64,000 bases of DNA from Podarcis filfolensis. Lineage: Eukaryota. The notes under the pieces were generated by a model. That model made no database searches. It worked only from the letters and a program-made list of their open reading frames with translations, and was not told where the DNA came from. This document shows positions 1-12,966 of this stretch, piece after piece. Numbering within the stretch: the first letter of the stretch is position 1; each line of letters begins with the position of its first letter. The stretch lies in assembly GCA_964270895.1 (NCBI GenBank), contig OZ185447.1; one strand, 5' to 3'. Made by a program: the position numbers and the translations under genes.

Positions 1-138
1 GGAAGTGTAATGTTGATCATGTAGTTTTTGTTGCATCTATAGTACTCTGATGGTTTTTTTTGGGGGGGGGTATATTTTATATTTGCTATCACATTGTTTT
101 GTTACTTTATTTTTGTGACGGGGGGATATGTTCCTTTA

Positions 139-401
139 CAGGGGTCAGCAAACTTTTTCAGCAGGGGGCTGGTCCACGGTCCCTCAGACCTTGGCGGGGG
201 GGGGGGGGCACAGACTATATTTCAGAAAAATAAATAAATGAACAAATTCCTATGCCCCACAAATAACCCAGAGATGCATTTGAAATAAAAGGACACATTC
301 TACTCATTTAAAAACACGCTGATTCCCAGACCATCCGCGGGCCGGATTTAGAAGGAAATTGGGCCAGATCTGGCCCCCAGGCCTTAGGTTGCCTACCCAT
401 G
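139..401. mobile_element. Non-autonomous hAT-type DNA transposon (MITE)
   Basis: Imperfect terminal inverted repeats (CAGGGGTCAGCAAAC ... GGTTGCCTACCCATG). Flanked by a near-perfect 8-bp duplication, TTCCTTTA (131-138) and TTCTTTTA (402-409); 8-bp TSDs are typical of hAT. Confidence 0.7.
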
Positions 402-1240
402 TTCTTTTACTATTGGGTTAAGCCACTTTTGTTAGTTTGTGGGAGGGGGATTGGCATTCAAATAAGATGATGATGATGGGTAACGGGAGCCCACGTTGCT
501 TATGAGGGGGAGGCAGATTTCATTGAAACTGCTACAAAAACAGATGAGGGACTCCATTTTTGCAGGATAAATGTCTTCCACCTTCTATAGCAAGCCTGCT
601 TGTAGATGTGCCTTTAAAGGACTCATTGCATTTTGGCATTCAGTGAGTGACAGGTTGGTGGCCCCAACCACTTATCAACCTTTGGCTCAAAAGGGATAGG
701 AGGAAGAGCAATCAGGCTGACTGCTGTGGAACACGTTCTAATCTCTGCCCTAGCACTACATACCCAATTATAAAAATTAAGTTTTTATGGGTAAGCAAGA
801 AATAGGGAAATGCATTGGACAGTGTGAGATGAATTACTTCAATTTTATTGAATGAATCACTTTCAAATGAATTACTTCAATTGTATTGACTTATTAATAT
901 ATATTTCTTTCATGGGATTGAGTAATTTTATATCATTCTCTTCAGAAATGCTGAACTACATTTACTTAAGTAAATAAATTGATTGCCTAAGATTAAGGGA
1001 CTGAGACTCCTAACTACTTTGTAGGATAATACGGACGAGTATATACTCCCTACAATGTTGTGGCTCTTACTGGGTTAATCTAAAATGGTACTTCAATCAC
1101 TGAACAATGATTTCGATGCCTTAAAGGCAGTCTTTATATTTTTACCCTGAGCAGGGCAATATAGATCACACAAATTTAAGAACAGAACAAATCAAATGTC
1201 TGGGTATGCCCACAAAACATATAGGTTTTCAGCAGGTATC

Positions 1241-1332
1241 CATTAGCTAAAGTGGTACCTCAGGTTAAGAACAGTTTCAGGTTAAGAATGGACCTCCAGA
1301 ACGAATTAAGTTCTTAACCCGAGGTACCACTG
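1241..1332 (+). mobile_element. Truncated right half of the CAGTGGTACC-ended Tc1/mariner-superfamily (pogo/Tigger-like) MITE
   Basis: Matches the 3' ~90 bp of the full copy at 17851-18092 and ends GAGGTACCACTG + TA. The left half is missing. Confidence 0.8.
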
Positions 1333-1369
1333 TAGTTCAGTTCTGTAGTGGCCAATGACTTCACCACTT

Positions 1370-1986
1370 TTGGCAATCTATCTCTCTTCTGGAGCCATCA
1401 GAGGAAAGTGATGTGCCTTCTCCGATCATCAACTTTTGGTATTGTTTTCTCAGTGGCTCTTTCTTGCATGCTGGCCAAAACCATCACTGTGGTTATAGCT
1501 TTAGTGGCCAAAAACCTGGGTAAGTGGGTAGGAAAAAGATTGACCAACTCTGTTGTTCTTTCTTTCTCCTTTATTCAAGCAGACATCTGTATGCTGTGGT
1601 TGTCAACCTCTCCCCGATTCTCAGAAAGAAATCATAGTGCAATGTAATGAAGGGTCAGTCACCATGTTTAACTGTGTCCTAAGTTACATAGGCCTCCTGG
1701 CTGCCGCCAGTTTCATTGTGGCATTCCTTGCTTGCAAATTACCCGACAGTTTTAACGAAGCCAAGTTCATTACATTCAGCATGTTGCTGTTTTGAGGTGT
1801 TTGCCTTTCTTTTCTTCCAGCCTATCTGAGCACCAAAAGGAAAGACATGGTGTCTGTGGAGATCTTCTCCACCTTGGCTTCCAGTGCTGGGTTATTGGGC
1901 TATATCTTTGTCCCTAAATGTTACATCATTATACTAAGGCCTGAACTGAACAACAGAGAGTAACTGATTAGAAGAAAAATTAGTGA
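1370..1986 (+). pseudogene. V2R exon 6 (7TM) relic
   Basis: Translates to [51 protein letters not shown] and [14 protein letters not shown]. It has a deletion before KWVGK, a frameshift near 1630 and in-frame stops (TGA near 1793, TAA near 1961). The 5' part of the exon is absent. Confidence 0.85.
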
Positions 1987-3359
1987 ATCTCTCTCTATGT
2001 TTTTGGTCTGTTTTATGTGAACATTAATTGTTTTAGGAGGAAATATGTTTTTAATTCATTTATTACAAATATTTGTTTAAAAATATCGACAGATGTTACA
2101 TTTCTCTATCAACTCCCCTCATTCCCTCTCATTACCTCACATCCATACTAACTGACACCCATCCAGGTTGCCATGGTGGATTCTGGGCATTTAAATGAAC
2201 TATTCTGTACAGAGCTTCAGCATTTTGTGTTATGGGTACCAGCCACAAAGAAGTCAAAGTTTTATTCACCGAAACATACCTTCCTTCCCCATCCACATGA
2301 GTAAATGTCACAGTTCCAGGACATATTCCCATCATTAAGAAGAGCTCGAGGCAGAACTGCCTTGAAGCGGCATTAGGATGGCCATAGTCCAGAGAAAGTC
2401 TTAATGGACACATAGAGAAGCCTGGGGACACATATTGGGCCCTGCTCTCAGGTTCCACATGTCTGATCTAGCCTAAGGAATTCAAAAGCAGAGGGCAAAC
2501 TATTAAACTACCTTAGGCTTTAAAGGTCAGCACCAACACTTTGAATTGTTGGGTTGTCAGAATTATTATTGGATGTGGGGTGCATTTTTTTGACATGGCT
2601 ACAGGTAAAGGCAAGTGTAAGTTGGGCCCTAAGGGCAAAGGAAAGGCACCTGCCACCCTTGAGGAAGCATGCACAGTCAAACCCCACCTCCTCTGAAGAT
2701 GAAGAGCAAGACTGGAGGACTATATTGGTGTGCCTTTATAGAAATCAGCTCCTGCTGCAATTGCGACTCCCAAGTCATCATCATCAGTGCATGGCACGGT
2801 ACAAACTGGAAGTCATGTTGAAGGTCTTGTGAGGTCTCGGGCATGAACTTTGAGGCTCTGCAAGACCTTGGATATCACATCCTAGGTCATTCCAGGCCTC
2901 AGAAACACCACTGCAGTATGTTACTGTGGCATCATGATGTCACAACATTATGGTGTCACATTACGTCACAGGTGCCATTGGGCACCCATAACCTGGGGCC
3001 CAAGTTTTCTCCCCCCCCCCCCGCCCGATGAAGTTATGAGTTTCACAGGAAGCACCAGCTACGGACATCACACAGGAGGTGGGCATGGCTGCTGATTTTC
3101 CTATGGCTCCAGCCTTTGGAGTAGCATTTTATATACTGTAGGTAATGGCTCCTTTGCTGTGTCTCTCTGTTGTTAGGATGTTTTTCAAAGTTAGTTCATG
3201 ATCTGATGGTTACTGCTTTTGCTACTGCATTGTTTATGAAAGCTTGTGGTTGGTGGTGGGTCAGCCAGGGTATTAGAGTGTTCCCCTAATTTGTCCTGTG
3301 TTTCTCATACTGATATGCGGTTGTCATTTTTTCCCTAGTAAATCATACATTTTCCTGAT

Positions 3360-3405
3360 CTTCTTCTTCTTCTTCTTCTTCTTCTTCTTCTTCTTCTTCT
3401 TCTTC
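3360..3405. repeat. (CTT)n microsatellite
   Basis: About 15 perfect trinucleotide units. Confidence 0.95.
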
Positions 3406-3549
3406 GCTTGGAGACATCCATTAAGAATAAAACATTGACATTTAAATCGCAAACAGTTTGAGACAGAAATGCACAAGATTTTGATATGCTGATTTAATTC
3501 ATTATAGAATTCTCCTCTGAAACTGTAAATTGATTAACTTCATTTGCAG

Positions 3550-3655
3550 TATGGTGACAAAATTCTACCAGCACAGACTTGCCTTGGCATTTGCTGTGAA
3601 AGAGATCAATGAGAACCACACGATCTTGCTGAATGCGGGTTCAACATCCATGATG
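3550..3655 (+). pseudogene. Orphan V2R exon-2 fragment
   Basis: Acceptor TTTGCAG followed by T ATG GTG ACA AAA TTC TAC CAG CAC AGA CTT GCC TTG GCA TTT GCT GTG AAA GAG ATC AAT GAG AAC ([22 protein letters not shown]), which then decays. Confidence 0.75.
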
Positions 3656-4319
3656 TATTATGGCTATGATTATGATTAATCATTATCATAAATAATAACA
3701 CCACCAACAGCTAGATATCCCTCCCATGCTCCACTTCATATTCTGCTTACCCAGAACATGACCTTGAACTCTGATAATGTCTCGTGAAACTCTGAATGGG
3801 GAAGAGAGCCATGGGAATGTGTGAGAGAGTATAAAGTAGACATGATACACTGTTAAGGTTTAGATAAGGTGTTCTGTGCTCTTTCATTTCTGGTCCCACT
3901 CACCAATGGCATATAGCTTATTTAAGGTTAGCAAGAAGATAATTCATTACTCAGGCTGAAAATGAATTCCCACCCCTCCCAATATACCAATACCTTCTCC
4001 CAGTTTAGGGTCCTCTCATTTTGACTCAAGAAAACCACCATTTTATAGTTCAAATCGGGGAAAATAAATACAGTAAATGGACAAAAGGCTACCATCGGGG
4101 GTAGCAATGGAACTGATGATTCACCATGCTAGAAAAAAATAAAATAGTTTCTTCTTCTGTTAGATTCACAAAATGTATAGGGGTATGCGTACCACTGCAT
4201 CCCCCCAGAAAAAAAGCACTGCCTTCTGCTGTTTCTTGCAAATGAATTGTGCTATTAATTTTTAAACTATAGCTTTATCTTATTGAGAAGTGCTGAGTCC
4301 CATTTCCTTGAAGACAACT

Positions 4320-4781
4320 GGAGTAGAGAAGTGGTCCTAATCTCAAAATTTAGAACTGCTACTTTATATCCTGATGACAGTGTCTTCACTCAGAGTTTCC
4401 TGTTGTTCTTAGCACACCGAGAAAAAATCCTTCTGCCATTTTTTTCTTTCATCTAAGCAGCATGATTGTGAGTAAAAAAGTGTTATTCAGACTCTAAAAT
4501 CTGAATAAGCAAATAATATTCCTATTCTGCAATTACTCAAATCACTGCAATTTCTTCACCAGGTCAAATCCCCAGATGGCTTCCTGAACGGAAGAAAACA
4601 ATCAACAAGCAAGCCTGAAAGTACTTAAAAATAAGCTCATATGTTATGGAGAGTTAGTGTAGAGGTGAGAGTCAGAAAGGGCTCTATCAGTTCAGTTTAG
4701 GACAATATAATTTCTGTTACTTCTCAAGGAATGTATTTGCAACCTTTCAATTAAATGTATACCATAAGCTAGGCTGCCAGG
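4320..4781 (+). promoter_or_regulatory. Conserved ~450-bp upstream module of V2R genes (putative promoter/5' UTR)
   Basis: Homologous blocks precede genes A, B (about 16185-16655), C (truncated, about 30500-30885), D (about 41670-42142) and F (about 62160-62591), e.g. AATCTCAAAATTTAG, CAATTACTCAAATCACTGCAAT, AATCAACAAGCAAG, AAGCTCATATGTTATGGAGAG. Function is inferred from position only. Confidence 0.45.
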
Positions 4782-7700
4782 ATGGTGTTGCTATGGGTGT
4801 TGCTGAATCTAATAACTCCTGTTGCTAATACCTCTAATTCTATCCGCTGCCCTAGGAATAATCCTTTTCCTGTTCCACACGAGTGGTACCAGCCAGGTGA
4901 ACTCATCATTGGGGGAGTTGCTTCTCAGAGCTATTACGTTTTCTATGAAGTTTTCTTTAAGGAACACCCATCAAAGAACCTGTTTGATGTTTCATAGTAA
5001 GACTTTTTCATTGCCCCTTTGAATTGCCTTTCCCTTTGTCTCATGTTTTACAGACATGAATCCTAAAGAGAGGGATAATTTTATCACTGGCATTTTCAAG
5101 CTGCAGTTGGAGCTACATTTTCCTGGAAAAAAATGTTATTTCAATTCAAAAAAAAATTAAAGCCTACCAGCTCTCAAAAAATGATTTGAATAAAAAGGTG
5201 TATTTACAATTGTTCTGCAGTATACTTATTGTGAGGAGTGGGGAAGAGAAGGGTGAAAATGTAAATAAATAGATAAGGTTACATTACAGATGAATTCAAA
5301 ACATAAAACCATACACCATCCTTCAATATCCCCAAAGCTTCCTTGCCATTTGAAAGAGCATTAGATTTTACTACCACATATTCTAGGTCTTTTAAAGTTT
5401 CAGTGTGTGTTGACTTGAAATGATTGCTTAGGTAAATTGTATTGCCGCTGACATTCATGAGTATATTTGTCTTTCCATTAAATATTTCTTTCATGGCTCC
5501 TGATCTGAAAAACTTCCATGGGAGGAGTTACATCATGGTGAAAGTTATCCTATGCAGATGGATATGGAAATTGGTTGAATTGTGTTGAGACAGACAGGGA
5601 TTGAGACAGTTCAGGTTAGATAGCACAGGGAAACCTGAGATTGTCAGAATGGGGTATTAGCCCAGAGAGGCTGACATTGGGCTGGAAAACCTAAAGAAAT
5701 AGGAGACTAATTTTGCCACCGGCTGTGTCTTCCAGTGTGAAGGTAAGTCCATTGCCACCTGACTCCCCTTTCCATCTGATGCACCGCAGGATCAATGACT
5801 GCTTCTAATGTGCAAGCAACCTTCCTGCCCCAACCGCAGCTGTATACTGAGAAAAAAAGCTATCTGAATTCAATGGGACTTTCATGTAAGTCTGTATAAC
5901 ATTGCAGCTTTCAGTTAAATGAAGTTGTCGCCTACTTAAGGAGAAACAGATGAATTTTATTTTTTTTCTTGATCAACTGTGACGGAAATGGCAAGCAGTA
6001 GAAGAACAGCAGGTGTGTGAAAGTGTCATGCAAAACAGTAATGCCCCGATCATTGGACAGTATGGATTTTATTAGTTTAGATGTGTTAATTACAAATGCA
6101 ATCTTTTCATTTCAGTTTGAAACAGAAGATGTCCAATATTGTAGTATGTTCATATCTGTAACTAATTTACTTTATTTGCAGTATGGTGCCTAAATTTTAT
6201 CAGCACGTCCTTGCATTGGCATTTGCTGTGAAAGAAGTCAATGAGAATCCCAACATCTTGCCCAATATCACACTTGGCTTCCACATCTATGACAGCTATT
6301 ATGATGCAAGGATGACCTACCGTACGACTCTTGACCTCCTCTTCAAAATGAAGACATTTGTTCCCAACTACAAATGTGACACCCAGAAAACCCTCATATC
6401 CACCATTGGGGGACTTGGCCATGATACCACCTTCCATATGGCAGACACATTAGGTCTCTACAAGATACCACAGGTAAGATGCATAAATGAGGATATGGGG
6501 ATACCACAGGTAAGATGTATGAAGGGGTGAATGAGAATTTTTTCTTCCTGCGTCTATGGGTTGCTTCCATGTTTGTTTTACACAGGGCAGACCTATTGGG
6601 AAGTATTCTAGCCAGTAGTTCTACTCAGAACAGACTTATCAAAATTAATGCATCTAGCTTAGTCATGATCCTTAATTTAAAATTTAGATCTATACAAGCC
6701 TGCATCTTTATCCCATATTCCTTGTAGATTGCCTTTTCTGTTTTATATCTAGGGATGTGAGATTGAACTGCTCACAGCTCAAATCAAAATGTGCAATTAG
6801 AAAAAAGAAAGCTTAGAATTTGTGGAATAAAAAGCCAAATGGTACAGAGAGAATGTTTTCCATACGATTTGAGATCATATTCACATTTTCTTTCAGTTTG
6901 CATATGGTTCATATCCCTCAGCAGAGAGTGATACAAGACAGGTTCCTTCTTTTTATCGCATGGTGCCCAATGAAGCACACCAGTTTCTTGGGATTATCCG
7001 CTTGCTTAAGCATTTTGGATGGACATGGATCGGACTCTTTGCTCTGAATGACAACAGTGGGGAACATTTCTTGCAGATCCTCGAACCATTGCTTTCTGAA
7101 AATGGAATTTGCTCAGCCTTCACACAAAAAATCCCAAAACAAGTCCACTATGATAATGTGGACGAAATGCACGATATAGCCTTGAATATCTATGCACAAA
7201 TCAGAAATAATAAAGTCACTACATTTATTGTTTATGGAGAATCTCTGGCAATTATAGCACTGAGAATTATTATATTTCTGCCAGATCCTACAAATAAGAA
7301 AAACACATCATTTAAAAAGGTATGGATCTTTACAGCACAGACTGATTTCATAACTATGGGTTTTAGTAAGGTTTGGGGTGTCCTGCTCTTCCAGGGTTCC
7401 CTTTCCTTCACAATCCACTCACAAAATATTCCAGCATTCAAGGAATTTCTTCACAACATAAAGCCTTCCTTGACACAAGGAGATGGTTTCATCAAAGTCT
7501 TCTGGGAGCAAGCATTTGACTGTGTATTTCCAAATCTTGATGTGCCAATGGAGTTCAGTGGCATGTGTTCTGGAGAGGAGAGGTTGCAGAGTCTTCCAAG
7601 GTCTCTGTTTGAAATGAGCATGACTGGTCACAGCTACAGCATCTATAATGGTGTCTATGCTGTGGCTCATGCCTTGCATAACATTTACTCCCCTAGATCC

Positions 7701-10700
7701 AAGCAGAGAGCAATGGGAAAAAGTGAAAGATTAAAACTTCAGGATCTGGAGCCTTGGCAGGTAAAGTACTGAGAATGAAGAGAAAAAATATTATCATTAT
7801 CTGCATGACATTATATACCACTGGAACTTAAGACATTTCTGCTTGGTTATCTAATAAAACTATTATTATTTAGAAGTCATCTGAAGGCAGCCCTGTATCG
7901 GGAAGTTATTAATGTTTGATTATATTTTAATATGTGTTAGTAGCCTCCCAGAGTGGATGGGGCGACTTTGCCAGATGGTTGGGGTATATATAAATAAATG
8001 ATGATTATGATTATAATATAGTATTCTAGAAAATTATCAAGAAATTTAATTCAGACTCAGAAACAGCTCCTAAGACTACAGTAGCTAAGAATATCTGAAT
8101 GAATTGAGCAAATTTGGTCCATAGTAACTATGATTAAACCAACTTATAAAAGAATACATATAAACCAGCCTAACAGCTCTATGGAAAAAAAATCATAATT
8201 TTTTGTTATGTTTTGGCATAACAAGTTCAGTATGCCCAAGCTTATGCTGCTTTCAACCTGTAGTAATAGTATTTATTTAGGCTGTCTTTAATTTCTTTTA
8301 TTGTTAAAAGTTTTTTTTTAAAAAAAAGGACTTTATCACATTAGGATTTAGAAGTGCTGTTTAAATGGCATTGCAAATTGTATTCACTGAAAAAAATTAA
8401 TCTTTGCATCTTAAATTGTGTGCTTCTTTTTGCCAAATAATATTTTTCTTAGAGTTTTTCACCATACAATAATATAACAGCTACAAAATCTACAGTGAAA
8501 ACAGGAAGAATACCGAGTCCTTTCCTAGAGGCAATTCACAGCTCTCACCTGAGATCCCTCCTATTTCCTCCCTATCTCTCATTTTGGGGGGCTAATGCTT
8601 CCCTGTCTCCCGCCAAGGGCCTGCCATGACCAACCCTATGAATAGTTAATCCCTGGACCTTAACAAGGGCCCCAAATCTAGGACCTCAAAAGAAATAAAG
8701 AAGAAAAGAGGGAAAGGAGAAAATAAACGGAAAGAAATATTAGAGATAAATAAAAAGGGCTTCCAATGCATAATAAAGTCTCCATCTGTTGTGTCAAAAT
8801 CACAGATATTTCACACATGTTCTTTGTTAACTGAAGCTAAGTTACTATACCTAAATAAGCTTCATGAAGAAATGTTTCTGTAAACCATGGCATTTTATTC
8901 AAAATCTCATTTATGCTATTTCCCATTCAACTCCATTTTCTCTTTCTATTAGCTGCACCTTGTTCTTCAGGACATTTCATTTAACAACTCAGCTGGAGAA
9001 ACCGTGTCCTTTACTGATCAAAGAGAAGTGGGAGGGGGATTTGACATCATGAACATAGTCACGTTCCCAAACAGGTCCTTCCTTCGATTGAAGATTGGAT
9101 GGGTTGATTCTGATGCAGATGATGGGAAAGAATTCATCATTAATGAGGACATGATTTTATGGCACAATGATTTTAACAAGGTCTGGAATCTAGGCAGGGG
9201 TGCCAACTTGAATAAAATATGGGGGGGAGGCAGGTAAGCCCTGCCCCAATTAATCAGTTGCAAGACGTGGCTCATGCACACCTTTTGAATGACAATGCCC
9301 ATCACCTCTGGGAGAGGGTTGGCCCCTCAATTATTTTACTGAGGGTGTATGTGAAGCGACTTTGGCCCCTAGAAGTTGGCTCCTAAGACTCTAGAGTTTA
9401 CTTGTAGGCCCCGCATTCTCCTACTTATGAGCATAGTGATATACTCCTCCACTCAATTCTTGTTTAAGAGACTTGTACAATAGCATCTTAAGCTTGTGGG
9501 GCAGAGTATGGATGACTTTTCGGGTTAACTTTCCAGTAGCACCTTAAAGACCAACTAAGTTAGTTCTTGGTATGAGCTTTCGTGTGCATGCACACTTCGT
9601 CAGATACACAGTGTGCATGCACACGAAAGCTCATACCAAGAACTAACTTAGTTGGTCTTTAAGGTGCTACTGGAAAGAAATTTTTTTTTTTGTTTTGACT
9701 ATGGCAGACCAACACGGCTACCTTTCTGTAACGGGTTAACTTGTTTCATTCACTTTGAGTTTGGGGCCTCAAAGGCAGTGTGAGTTTAAAAAAGGCTTAC
9801 CAAATACTGACAGGCTTAGGAGAGTGACAGAAGATTTGAATATCTGCTACATATGGTATTTCCGCTATAAAGTTTCTGATTTCTGAAAATTAGTTTATAA
9901 AACGACCCTAGATTTATCTGCATTTTGTCTTTTGCCTCTTTCATTCCAGTTTCTTAAGAGCAACAACACCAACAATAATAAATTTTATTTATGCCCTGCA
10001 CTCCCCGGCCAGAGCTAGGCTCAGGGCGGCTAACACCAGTAAAATTACAGTAAAAAGATAATAGGAAAAAAACCACCAATTTAAAATACAGGTTAAAATG
10101 CCATTTAAAATGCAGCATCATTTTAAAAGTAGTCCATAGATCAAAACGATAAGAGGAGGGAAACATAAGGTTCAGACTAAGTCCAAACTGAACACCAGGC
10201 GGAACAGCTCCGTCTTGCAGGCCCTGTGGAAAGATGTCAAGTCCCGCAGGGCCCTAGTTTCTTGTGACAGAGCATTCCACCAAGTCAGGTTCAGTACTGA
10301 AAAGGCCCTAGCTGAGACCAATCTAACCACCTTGCGACTTGGGACCTCCAAAATGTTGTCATTTGTGGACCTTAAGGTCCTCCGCAGGGCATAGCAGGAG
10401 AGGCGGTCCCGTAGGTACGTGGTCCTAGGCTGCTTAGGGCTTTAAAGGTCTAAACCTGACCCTGTACTCCAACGGGAGCCAGTGCAGTTGGTAAAGCACT
10501 GGATGAATGTGATCCCATGGCAAGGACCCCATAAGGAGCCTTGCCGTGGCATTCTGCACCCGCTGGAGTTTCTCGGTCAACTTCAAGGGCAGCCCCATGT
10601 AGAGTGAGTTTCAATAATCAAGCCTGGAGGTGACCGTCACATGGATCAATGTGGCCAGATCAGGGCGAGAAAGGTAAGGGACCAACTGCTTAATATGGCG

Positions 10701-12966
10701 GAAATGCTGGACAATATATGTACCAATGTTTCTGAGATGAGAGATCCCCTTTCTTATTTGAACTTCAGAAGCTGAAACATTCTTTCAAATATTTATCCCT
10801 TCTGAAATGATTTCCTCTTTATTAATAGGTGATGCCAGTTTCTGTGTGCAATGACTACTGCCGTGCGGGCTATCAGAAGAAAAGGAAGGAAGGGCAGAAA
10901 TTTTGCTGCTATGATTGTACTCCATGTCCAGAAGGGAAGATTTCAAACCAGAATGGTATGTGACAGTTTTCATTGTACAAGATTAGCAAGTCTCTTTTGA
11001 AAACCACACTATCCTGCTTGGAGTGGTGTGAATATTTTATTGCTACTTTCCAGTAACACATCGTCATTATGTAAAAAAACAACAGAGCCTGGCGAAATCC
11101 CAAGCAGGTGAATATGAAAGTAAGACTCCCAAAAAAGATTTCATTGTACACATAATTTAAGTGAACCCAGTGGTTATTTTCCAAGTGTGCATACCCCTAA
11201 ACATTTTGTGAATCCAAGTTTGGCCTCATTGAGGTGTAGTATTTCAATATGCATAGGAAAAGGAGAGTACCCCTAAACCTTTGTTTAGGGGAAAAAAGCA
11301 CTGAGTGAACCTATAAAGTGGTAAAATGGTACAGAAGTTGTAGATTTGCAAATGATGTGTGTAGTCGGAATGAAACATGCTAGACATCATCCAGGGTGAT
11401 TAGGCCAGAACTGTATTCATTATGCTTCAGGGAAGAGGAAATTCCAACCAGCATGTGCTGTTTAAATGGCATTCCACTTGATGGTGTAGCTGTACACGAC
11501 ACCCTTCAGAGTTGAACAAGGTTGGAGCTTTGTATTTGGCAAGTAGGGAACTGTATATGTGGGGGGGGGGATAGGCAACATTGGGCCCCATCTGACCTGG
11601 TGGCATGCCTTGCTCTTATCACTTTATAGACCCTTTACAATCCACCCTATTCCTGCCCATCATTTTGACAAAGGCTTTAGAATGCCTAACAATGGCTACC
11701 AGCACTTACTGAAGGAAAGGCAAAAACATCCTAAATTGGAGACAATTAAATATGGGAGCAAAATCCTTTTTTTTTTTTTTTTTGGCTCTGTTAACTGTCC
11801 ACCCAAAAAAGCAAGGTTCCACTCACTATGCCATCTTGGGGCCACAGCATGGCCACTTAAAAAGATGCAAAAGACAAAACAAAAACACACACACACACAA
11901 CTGTGTCAGATTCAGCAGGAATGTAATGAGTAATTCAAATATACAACCTGCTCTCTGACAATCTAGAAGGTTCCAAATAGATCAACAGGATAAATAATGG
12001 CTACATAGTCAGCATAAAACACAGATGAATTGCAAATGGAGTTTAACTTCCTTCTGTTTGTCAGATATGGCTGACTGCTTCAGATGCCCTGAAGATCAGT
12101 ATGCAAACAAGAAGAAAGATGGATGCATCCCTAAAACTATCAACTTTCTTTCTTATGAAGAACCTTTAGGGATCAGCTTGGCCACACTTGCTCTTTCTAT
12201 TTCCCTGATCACAACTTTGGTGCTTGCAATGTTTATTCAGCACAAAAACACTCCCATTGTCAAAGCCAACAACAGGGATCTCACCTACGCTCTCCTCATT
12301 GCCCTCCTATTCTGCTTCCTCTCATCCTTTCTATTCATTGGACACCCTGGGAAAGTGACCTGCCTTCTTCGCCAACCAACTTTCAGCATTGTCTTCTCTG
12401 TGGCTGTTTCCTGTGTGTTGGCAAAGACGGTCACTGTAGTTGTAGCTTTCATGGCCACCAAGCCTGGATCCAGTATGAGGAAGTGGGTAGGGAAAAAACT
12501 ATCCAACTCCGTTGTCCTTTCCTGCTCCCTCATTCAAGTGATTATTTGTACTGGGTGGTTTATGACCTCTCCACCATTTCCAGATCAAGACATGCACTTA
12601 CTTACAGAAGAAACCATTGTGCAATGTAATGAAGGCTCAGTGACCATGTTTTACTGTGTCCTGGGCTACATGGGCATCCTGGCCATTGCCAGCTTCATTG
12701 CAGCATTTGCAGCTCGCAAATTACCAGACAGTTTTAATGAAGCCAAGTTCATTACCTTCAGCATGTTGCTGTTCTGCAGTGTTTGGCTTTCTTTTGTCCC
12801 AACATACCTGAGCACCAAAGGAAAATACATGGTGGTGGTGGAGATTTTCTCCATCTTGTCCTCCAGTGCTGGATTGCTGGTCTGCATCTTTGCCCCTAAA
12901 TGCTACATCATTATTCTGAAGCCAAATTTGAACAACAGGGAGCAATTGATAAGGAGAAGGATGTAA
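4782..12966 (+). CDS. Vomeronasal type-2 receptor (V2R / Vmn2r26-like family), gene A, 875 aa
   Basis: Exons 4782-4996, 6182-6473, 6897-7760, 8953-9180, 10829-10955, 12065-12966 (2628 nt), all GT-AG with consistent phase. Signal peptide, Venus-flytrap motifs ([24 protein letters not shown]; [13 protein letters not shown]), nine-Cys domain (SVC..C..FCCYDC..CP..DC..C..GC) and 7TM ([36 protein letters not shown]). Confidence 0.93.
9532..9731. mobile_element. Penelope-like element-derived insertion with long inverted repeat
   Basis: Inverted arms across 9529-9677 (CCAGTAGCACCTTAAAGACCAAC...GTGTGCATGCACACT) around a 13-nt spacer, plus a GACCAACACGGCTAC terminus. 11-bp TSD CGGGTTAACTT at 9521-9531 and 9732-9742. 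The paralogous site in gene B intron 4 is empty. Family assignment is from recalled similarity to reptile PLE ends. Confidence 0.65.
9958..10707 (-). mobile_element. 5'-truncated L2 LINE in gene A intron 4
   Basis: Absent from the paralogous introns of B, C and D. Contains typical L2 3' sequence (GGGCTTTAAAGGTC...GGGAGCCAGTGCAG; GCATTCTGCACC...TTCAAGGGCAGCCCCA) and an (AAC/AAT)-rich tail at the left end. Confidence 0.75.

Noticed and set aside
2132-3031. Short ORFs (108, 92 and 62 aa) between the pseudo-exon and gene A
   Set aside because: No recognisable motifs; the region contains decayed repeat fragments (e.g. an L2-like piece near 2514-2548).
4995-5000. Apparent stop codons ending the ~70-aa exon-1 ORFs (TAG TAA), suggesting small secreted peptides
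   Set aside because: They overlap the phase-2 splice donor (TA|GTAAG); a GTAAG donor in phase 2 automatically creates an in-frame TAA.
12025-12064. Intronic ATG extending exon 6 into a 313-aa stand-alone 7TM ORF in genes A-D
   Set aside because: The extension is polypyrimidine-tract sequence, is absent in gene E, and is shared only because A-D are recent duplicates.
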